The notes beneath the pieces were generated by a model. The model searched no databases. It worked only from the letters and a program-made list of their open reading frames with translations, and had not been told where the DNA came from. The translations under genes and the position numbers were made by a program. Source: a virus. Taken from it: a stretch of DNA of 40,055 nt. Shown one piece after another: positions 24,274 through 29,024 of this stretch. Where the stretch lies: the IMG/VR virus record IMGVR_UViG_3300025846_000006, positions 1-40,055 of that record, one strand, 5' to 3'. How positions within the stretch are numbered: the stretch's first letter is position 1; every line of letters begins with the position of its first letter.

Positions 24274-24936
24274 CTAGGCGCTAACGACCTCCCGTTGCAC
24301 CTTCGCCCGCCATTCCTCCGGCGTCTTGTCTCTCTTGGAATAGTTGCAGTGACCACACGCCGGAACTACGTTGTCCTTGGAGTGCTTTCCGCCCTTCGAC
24401 AGGGGTATGACGTGATCGAGAGTCAAATGGTCAAACTTTTTGTCGCAGTAGGCGCAATGACCGTCGGCTTCAGCAAGGATTGCCAACCACTCAGTCGACG
24501 TGAGCATTTCATCAAGAGGCGTGTTGGCGTATTTCAGAGCGCGGTGTTTGGCAGAATGCAGAACGCATTTCTCTGGATTGGCCTTGCACCAGAGGGCATA
24601 TCGCCGTGACAGTTTCTCTGCATTCTTCTGACGGCGAATGACATCACTAGCTGCCTTTCTCTCGTGATTTGCCGCATACCAAGAAACGCTCATCGCCTTC
24701 ACCTTGTCTGGATTCTTCTGACGCCATATCGCGGTCCTCTTCGCCAGTATCACTCGGTGCCCTTGGCAGTAACGACGACATGAGGCACGCTCCACTTCAA
24801 TGGCCTCCGGATGTTCCAAACGGCGACGTGCATGATACTCGCGCGACAGCTTTTGCAACTTGTCCTGATTGGCCAAGTAGTAGCGACGCCTGGATGCTTT
24901 TGCACCTTCCTTGCGCTCTTCCTCGGTCATCGCCAT
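24274..24936 (-). CDS. HNH endonuclease with an N-terminal basic repeat region
   Basis: 220 aa. The C-terminal HNH core is CAYCDKKFDHLTLDHVIPLSKGGKHSKDNVVPACGHCNYSKRDK. The N-terminus has repeated RR(Y/Q)...N(P/Q)(D/E)K units. Confidence 0.85.
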   Translation of the reverse strand: MAMTEEERKEGAKASRRRYYLANQDKLQKLSREYHARRRLEHPEAIEVERASCRRYCQGHRVILAKRTAIWRQKNPDKVKAMSVSWYAANHERKAASDVIRRQKNAEKLSRRYALWCKANPEKCVLHSAKHRALKYANTPLDEMLTSTEWLAILAEADGHCAYCDKKFDHLTLDHVIPLSKGGKHSKDNVVPACGHCNYSKRDKTPEEWRAKVQREVVSA

Positions 24937-24937
24937 G

Positions 24938-25564
24938 CTATTTCCCCCCAGTCTGCTTGGCTTCTGACTTTACTCGCGCGCCTGCTCCAACTGTTTGCGA
25001 GTGATCCCGGTGAGCTTTGTCAGCCTTGCCATTCGTTCTGGGGAGGGCATGCTTAGACCCCTTTCCCAGAACTGGATCGTTACCAGCGCCACTTTGAGTG
25101 ACCGCGCCATCGCCATCTGCGACAGTCCCTTGTTTGTCCTCCATACCTTTATCGGATGTTCTACCATCTTCAGCCTCCTGGGCTAGTGTATACAATGCTG
25201 CGGTTGCTGCGTCAAAGTGCTCTCTGAAGTAGTGAGCCCACGCGATGCCTGGTCGACCGTAGCCGGTGACACTGCGCCCGTTGCCATCTACAATGTACCA
25301 CAAATGCGAATAAGAGGAATCGAATACGGCCCTTACTGTTTGATCGGGTTGTAACGAGTCGCTCCACTTCTCATCGGTCAGTTCAACGCTGGATGGTGCA
25401 TAGTAGTTCATGTGTTTGAACCCCTGCGTCGCCCATAACAGTACGGTGAGTGGGGTCTTGCTGTCCTCAACGATCTGTGTTACCAAACCATGAAGCCCAT
25501 CAGATGTCGAGCCGTCTCGCACGATTATCACACGGTCGAGGAACTTCCGTTTCAGCTCACTCAT
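24938..25564 (-). CDS. Hypothetical protein; the C-terminal ~75 codons overlap the XRE gene out of frame and may not be genuine
   Basis: 208-aa ORF. The first ~130 aa look protein-like. The tail (GTVADGDGAVTQSGAGNDPVLGKGSK...) is low complexity and is the alternative frame of 24970..25167. Confidence 0.5.
   Translation of the reverse strand: MSELKRKFLDRVIIVRDGSTSDGLHGLVTQIVEDSKTPLTVLLWATQGFKHMNYYAPSSVELTDEKWSDSLQPDQTVRAVFDSSYSHLWYIVDGNGRSVTGYGRPGIAWAHYFREHFDAATAALYTLAQEAEDGRTSDKGMEDKQGTVADGDGAVTQSGAGNDPVLGKGSKHALPRTNGKADKAHRDHSQTVGAGARVKSEAKQTGGK
24944..24958 (-). promoter_or_regulatory. Start-associated-like box variant AAGCAGACTGGGGGG, 7 nt from ATG 24936
   Basis: The coding strand reads CCAAGCAGACTGGGGGGAAATAGCATG. 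Confidence 0.5.
24970..25167 (-). CDS. XRE/Cro-type helix-turn-helix protein
   Basis: 65 aa, with a perfect AGGAGG-N6-ATG. WRTNKGLSQMAMARSLKVALVTIQFWERG fits the HTH_3 pattern. Confidence 0.75.
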   Translation of the reverse strand: MVEHPIKVWRTNKGLSQMAMARSLKVALVTIQFWERGLSMPSPERMARLTKLTGITRKQLEQARE

Positions 25565-25679
25565 CGACGAGTCCCCACTTCACAAGCCAACCCATGCGTT
25601 TGAAAACCAAGATGATGCCAAGACCTACACCCACGATGACGCCAAGACCGAACGCAAGCAGGACCGTCAACGAGGTCAT
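25557..25679 (-). CDS. 40-aa single-TM peptide
   Basis: MTSLTVLLAFGLGVIVGVGLGIILVFKRMGW.... ATGA overlap with the upstream 58-aa ORF. Confidence 0.45.
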   Translation of the reverse strand: MTSLTVLLAFGLGVIVGVGLGIILVFKRMGWLVKWGLVDE

Positions 25680-25852
25680 GCGGCTCTCCCAAATGTGCCG
25701 ACAGAAGGCGCCTGCTGACAGGGTACGATGAAGGACCATGCTTGAAGGATCGACTGCCTGCGCTCAGATCGTTTTGCAGAACGAACGTAACGGTTGTACC
25801 CGTTCGGTGTGGTATGGTGGGACGTACCACTGCTTGTCATAACTGTTTTCAT
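25676..25852 (-). CDS. 58-aa basic protein (below the ORF-track cutoff), first ORF after the early promoter
   Basis: My own translation gives MKTVMTSSGTSHHTTPNGYNRYVRSAKRSERRQSILQAW.... ATG 25852 lies 6 nt after the G-run of the exact box. Confidence 0.45.
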   Translation of the reverse strand: MKTVMTSSGTSHHTTPNGYNRYVRSAKRSERRQSILQAWSFIVPCQQAPSVGTFGRAA

Positions 25853-25859
25853 TCTAAAC

Positions 25860-25873
25860 CCCCAAGTCTGCTA
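25860..25873 (-). promoter_or_regulatory. Start-associated-like box TAGCAGACTTGGGG (exact), 6 nt from ATG 25852
   Basis: The coding strand reads GGCGCCAGGAGTCGCCACTAGCAGACTTGGGGGTTTAGAATG. Confidence 0.65.
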
Positions 25874-25908
25874 GTGGCGACTCCTGGCGCCGCGTCTTAC
25901 TTCGCTTA

Positions 25909-25923
25909 CCCCCATGTCTGCTG
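25909..25923 (-). promoter_or_regulatory. Box variant CAGCAGACATGGGGG at the predicted transcript 5' end
   Basis: It starts about 6 nt downstream of the -10 of the 25928..25956 promoter and is followed by TAAGCGA, as at 19249..19262. Confidence 0.5.
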
Positions 25924-25927
25924 TTTG

Positions 25928-25956
25928 TATTATTATCCGTTGTATTAGTAGGTCAA
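25928..25956 (-). promoter_or_regulatory. Candidate early promoter TTGACC-N16-AATAAT
   Basis: The -35 is plus ggtcaa (25951..25956). The AT-rich -10 region is plus tattattat (25928..25936). Confidence 0.45.
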
Positions 25957-26032
25957 CAGCTCAAATAAGAAGACCTATTCACAATCAGGAACGCCGCTGT
26001 ACAAGCCCAGTAGAGCATGTGCAACGGCGTGA

Positions 26033-26088
26033 TAGGTGCCTTTATCTATTGGTGCCTAGGTGCCTAGCGTCCTTAGCCCCTAGCCTCC
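26033..26088. repeat. Short periodic repeats TAGNNNCC (8-bp period, 4 tandem copies plus one upstream) at and after the end of the RHH gene
   Basis: taggtgcc(26033), then taggtgcc tagcgtcc ttagcccc tagcctcc (26057..26088). Confidence 0.6.
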
Positions 26089-26309
26089 TTGCTGCCGTGG
26101 GGCATTAGTAGCTCGGGTTTCTTTTCCTGCTCCATGATCTTCTCTCGCTCAAGTTTCTCCAAGACTGCAACCTCTGAGAAGCTGGACCTGTTCCAACCCC
26201 GATGATGCACACACCAATCTCCGACCGCCACTGTCGTGCTTGTGTTCCAGTGGATCACCAACTTTTCTCTCGCCGGTTTCTCTTTCAATGCTCGATCAAG
26301 ATAGCCCAA
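26073..26309 (-). CDS. Ribbon-helix-helix protein, ParG-like centromere-binding candidate
   Basis: 78 aa, TTG start with GGAGG-N6. KLVIHWNTSTTVAVGDWCVHHRGWNRSSFSEVAVLEKLE fits a beta-strand, helix, G-x-(S/N), helix layout. It lies directly downstream of parA. Confidence 0.5.
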   Translation of the reverse strand: MGYLDRALKEKPAREKLVIHWNTSTTVAVGDWCVHHRGWNRSSFSEVAVLEKLEREKIMEQEKKPELLMPHGSKEARG

Positions 26310-27039
26310 GGGTGACCTCCAGTTCAGCCAGAAATGCCTTCCACGCCAGCGATACCTTCTCCCTCGGCGCGAACTCCCATACCGGCTCAGGTACGTCCAG
26401 CGCCTGCGTCACTCGAATGCTCGAGGGGATGATCGTGTCGAAGACGGCGGTGTCATACGTATCGTGAAGCATAACCGCGAAGGCCTTGGCATACGTTGTC
26501 CTCTCCTGGACGGCATTTAACAGGAGACCAGCAATCCGTAGGGAGGGGTTTCCATTCTCGCGAACGAAGATGACCTTGTTAAACAACCGCTTCATCGCGT
26601 CCTTGTTGAATTTGTCCGGGCGTACTGGAATGAGGACACAGTCTGCAGCGATGAGCGCGTTCGTGACCATAAGACCAAGGTGCGTCGGCGTGTCGAAGAT
26701 CGTCACCTGGTGGTCAAGTCTGGCGAGCAATTCACGGAGGCGAAAAGACCTTTCATAATCGGGATTCGCCTCGTATTCTCCCAAGGTATCGTCGCTACCG
26801 AGCAGATCCAAATTGAGAGTTACTGTCATAGGGGTCGGAGCCGCGACCTTCGGGGCGAAAACCTGTGTGATGCTATGTTCTTTTGGCAACTCCTGAGTCA
26901 AGAGACCGGTCAAGTTTGCCTGATCGTCCAGGTCAATGGCGAGCGTCGTCTTTCCCTGGGAGGCGAAGTAGCGGGCGATGTGATAGGCAATCGTTGTCTT
27001 GCCTACACCCCCTTTTAAGTTGCAGACGGCGACCTTCAC
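26296..27039 (-). CDS. parA: ParA/Soj-type partition ATPase (small, type Ib-like)
   Basis: 247 aa. It has the deviant Walker A VCNLKGGVGKTT and LAIDLDDQAN. The GTG start overlaps the upstream stop. Confidence 0.9.
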   Translation of the reverse strand: MKVAVCNLKGGVGKTTIAYHIARYFASQGKTTLAIDLDDQANLTGLLTQELPKEHSITQVFAPKVAAPTPMTVTLNLDLLGSDDTLGEYEANPDYERSFRLRELLARLDHQVTIFDTPTHLGLMVTNALIAADCVLIPVRPDKFNKDAMKRLFNKVIFVRENGNPSLRIAGLLLNAVQERTTYAKAFAVMLHDTYDTAVFDTIIPSSIRVTQALDVPEPVWEFAPREKVSLAWKAFLAELEVTLGLS

Positions 27040-27233
27040 AGCAGGCGCTCTGTCTCGGGAATCTGCTCCGTCAGGAGCGTAGCTTCCGGTGGCGTATCAT
27101 TGCAAGCACGGTACATGGCGTCAATTGCCTCATCGATAATCTGCGTTGGGTGCTTCCCCAAAGCCCGAGCCAGATACCTTACCTTTGCTCCCGTCAACTC
27201 ATCCAATTCAGGATGACTCTTCTTGTATGTCAT
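27036..27233 (-). CDS. Small protein upstream of parA
   Basis: 65 aa counted from ATG 27233, preceded by a degenerate box and GGGGAG. Confidence 0.45.
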   Translation of the reverse strand: MTYKKSHPELDELTGAKVRYLARALGKHPTQIIDEAIDAMYRACNDTPPEATLLTEQIPETERLL

Positions 27234-27246
27234 GGACTCCCCTTTT

Positions 27247-27260
27247 CCCAAGTCCACTGG
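27247..27260 (-). promoter_or_regulatory. Degenerate start-associated-like box CAGTGGACTTGGGA
   Basis: The coding strand reads CCAGTGGACTTGGGAAAAGGGGAGTCCATG. Confidence 0.4.
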
Positions 27261-27261
27261 T

Positions 27262-27290
27262 ATCTTGACGCTAAAGTTCCTAGATGTCAA
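27262..27290 (-). promoter_or_regulatory. Candidate par promoter: consensus -35 TTGACA with a weak -10 (CAAGAT)
   Basis: The -35 is plus tgtcaa (27285..27290) and overlaps the 17-nt element at 27288..27304. Confidence 0.3.
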
Positions 27291-27304
27291 GGGGGCAAGG
27301 AGCC
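27288..27304. repeat. 17-nt element, inverted copy of 19341..19357
   Basis: Plus strand caagggggcaaggagcc is the reverse complement of ggctccttgcccccttg. Confidence 0.8.
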
Positions 27305-27595
27305 AAGGAAGCAGGGGGACAAGGCGCTCGTCTTTGAGGATTCGGCCACGACGGCGAAGTTCTCCGAGATCACGGCGTATTAGGGTAAGTCAAACTCGCC
27401 TGCCGTTCGCGAACCGTTGCGATAGCGGGCGTATTTGAAGCCTAGGGGTACTGGCACAAGGCACCGCATTTGAAACCTCTAATTTAGGCCACTTTTCTGC
27501 ATCCCATGTGTCCCAACTATACAAATCTGACTAGTATCGACACATCCATTGCAGATTGATAACACTTTTGATATGTTTCTGTCATGGGGTATCAA

Positions 27596-27613
27596 TTTGT
27601 TGACGTCAACAAA
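27596..27613. repeat. Perfect 18-bp palindrome TTTGTTGACGTCAACAAA
   Basis: Read directly from the sequence. It lies in the AT-rich non-coding region. Confidence 0.9.
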
Positions 27614-27733
27614 ACGATCGGCACACTCCTTAAGATTTTCTGAAGTATCCGGGATTGCCAGAAAATTGCCAAGCTTGCACGCCTACTTACTAAAACTGTG
27701 CGAGAAAGTAAACAATGTATACGTCTTCGGAGG

Positions 27734-27789
27734 TTATCTGCATTAGAGTTGTTGCAAAGTATGCATCTACTGAACCGATATGCAGATAA
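27734..27789. repeat. 10-bp inverted repeat TTATCTGCAT ... ATGCAGATAA with a 36-bp spacer
   Basis: The arms are 27734..27743 and 27780..27789. Confidence 0.85.
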
Positions 27790-27830
27790 TGCATGTTTGG
27801 TATCAATTCGGTCCTGCGTATAAAACCCCG

Positions 27831-27863
27831 CAAGTACCCGTCAAGTACCCAGCAAGTAAGCCG
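27831..27863. repeat. Three tandem 11-bp iteron-like repeats CAAGTA(C/A)(C/G)C
   Basis: caagtacccgt caagtacccag caagtaagccg. The period is one helical turn. Confidence 0.8.
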
Positions 27864-27912
27864 GAACCCTTAACGGAGTTAACCCTTCCGCCTTGCCACG
27901 AAACGTGTAACA

Positions 27913-27940
27913 CAAAGTGCGTTATTCAAAGTGCGTTATT
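27913..27940. repeat. Perfect tandem duplication of the 14-mer CAAAGTGCGTTATT
   Basis: The copies are 27913..27926 and 27927..27940. The second copy overlaps the endonuclease VII stop codon. Confidence 0.9.
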
Positions 27941-28418
27941 GGGTGCGTCTTAGGTATTCGGCAAGAAGTATCGCCCTTTCGGGGTCATCTTTAAGCGAAC
28001 CTGCGGCGATGTTGCAGGAACGGCACAAAAGACCACGAATCTTGCCAGTTACATGATCGTGGTCTACGCACATCATCTTGGCCTTATTCCCCGCAATATT
28101 GTTGCCACAGGCGGCGCACTTCCCGCCCTGAGCAATAAACATTTTACCGTAGTCTGCCATTGTTATTCCGTAAAGGCGCTTAAGATTATACTCGTATACC
28201 TTCTTGGGGTCAGATTTATAAGGACCGTGTATTTCACGAGACCGTTTCTTTGACCCCGCAATGGACGCTCTTCCGCTTGGGGTCCGCCGATATGCGCTCA
28301 TGTACTCTTTGCCATACCCGCGCTTCGGTTTCGGACAATCAAGACAATATTTCTGCGCGGGATTGGTCAGTTGATATTCCCTGCCACAGATTGCACAAAT
28401 CTTTGTTTTGTACCCCAT
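27936..28418 (-). CDS. Endonuclease VII family (T4 gp49-like) junction-resolving nuclease
   Basis: 160 aa. CAACGNNIAGNKAKMMCVDHDHVTGKIRGLLCRSCNIAAG is the Endonuclease_7 signature. The gene has AT-richer codon usage than its neighbours. Confidence 0.85.
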   Translation of the reverse strand: MGYKTKICAICGREYQLTNPAQKYCLDCPKPKRGYGKEYMSAYRRTPSGRASIAGSKKRSREIHGPYKSDPKKVYEYNLKRLYGITMADYGKMFIAQGGKCAACGNNIAGNKAKMMCVDHDHVTGKIRGLLCRSCNIAAGSLKDDPERAILLAEYLRRTQ

Positions 28419-28427
28419 TGTCTCTCA

Positions 28428-28478
28428 CCTAATCCTTTCCTAATCCCTTTTGACTTGTTGGCAGCACCGGGGATTAGG
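28428..28478. repeat. 8-mer CCTAATCC x2 (11-bp spacing) plus one inverted copy GGATTAGG in the endonuclease VII leader
   Basis: The copies are 28428..28435, 28439..28446 and, inverted, 28471..28478. In RNA, CCUAAUCCC could pair with either GGGAUUAGG-type copy next to the SD. Confidence 0.75.
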
Positions 28479-28522
28479 TCCGGGGTCATGCGGGTAATTA
28501 AACCGCATCAGCTGCCACATAT

Positions 28523-28550
28523 ATTATACTGAGAAACGCTAGTGATGCAA
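28523..28550 (-). promoter_or_regulatory. Promoter candidate TTGCAT-N16-TATAAT for the endonuclease VII cassette
   Basis: The -10 is a perfect match (plus attata, 28523..28528). The -35 is plus atgcaa (28545..28550). Confidence 0.45.
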
Positions 28551-28580
28551 GCAGGAACAAGGATTTAGCGTTTTACCCAT

Positions 28581-28606
28581 TTGGAATAATTCCAAGAGAA
28601 TAATTC
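28581..28606. promoter_or_regulatory. Operator-like palindromes TTGGAATAATTCCAA and GAATAATTC, 14 bp apart
   Basis: The 15-bp palindrome is 28581..28595. The core GAATAATTC repeats at 28584..28592 and 28598..28606, upstream of the -35. Confidence 0.45.
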
Positions 28607-28689
28607 ACCACCTAGTCCCCACCGGAGTAGTATTGATGCAGCGACTTGACACCCGTGTACGATGCAGTCACGGGATGTCTCCATTGTCG

Positions 28690-29019
28690 TCACCAGGGGT
28701 TCTTCTTCTTTTTGCGCTTCGGGATCAGCCCGGCGATCATGGCGTCACGCAGTGCATCAGCGCCCGCCTCATTGAGCGAGCTGCCGGTCAAATACTGGCC
28801 TACGTGCGCCAGCTCATGGATGATGATCATGTTGGTCTTTTCCTTACTGAGCCCCTCTCGGATGTAGATATGAATTACACGAAGGCCTCGAAAGACGGGG
28901 GCCTTGTCATGTGGAGTGACCGTCAGCCCATGGCAGACTCCCGGCTTGTATTCCGGTGCCGCTGCAACGTCAATCAGCGCCTGTGGCACCTTCTCGATCT
29001 GAACCACGACCATCGCCAT
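28690..29019 (-). CDS. Minimal HExxH zinc metallopeptidase (ImmA/IrrE- or SprT-like, tentative)
   Basis: 109 aa. RVIHIYIREGLSKEKTNMIIIHELAHVGQYL resembles the ImmA/IrrE segment (..I.in..ls......FtiaHElgH). AGGAG-N8-ATG. It lies 5 nt downstream of the HTH-phosphoesterase gene. Confidence 0.55.
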   Translation of the reverse strand: MAMVVVQIEKVPQALIDVAAAPEYKPGVCHGLTVTPHDKAPVFRGLRVIHIYIREGLSKEKTNMIIIHELAHVGQYLTGSSLNEAGADALRDAMIAGLIPKRKKKKNPW

Positions 29020-29024
29020 GCGGT

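Noticed and set aside
16464-24356. The long N-terminal extensions given in the ORF track for 16464..17252, 22448..22810, 22734..23288, 23334..24356 and 27036..27290.
   Set aside because: Internal ATGs with proper SD spacing, or stop-start overlaps, give the compact coupled organisation seen elsewhere. The extensions translate the conserved leader box (LADLGR) or overlap upstream genes.
27549-27746. A 65-aa plus-strand ORF inside the AT-rich region.
   Set aside because: It has a TTG start and no SD. It would be the only plus-strand gene, and it overlaps the dense repeats and palindromes. I treat it as non-coding DNA.
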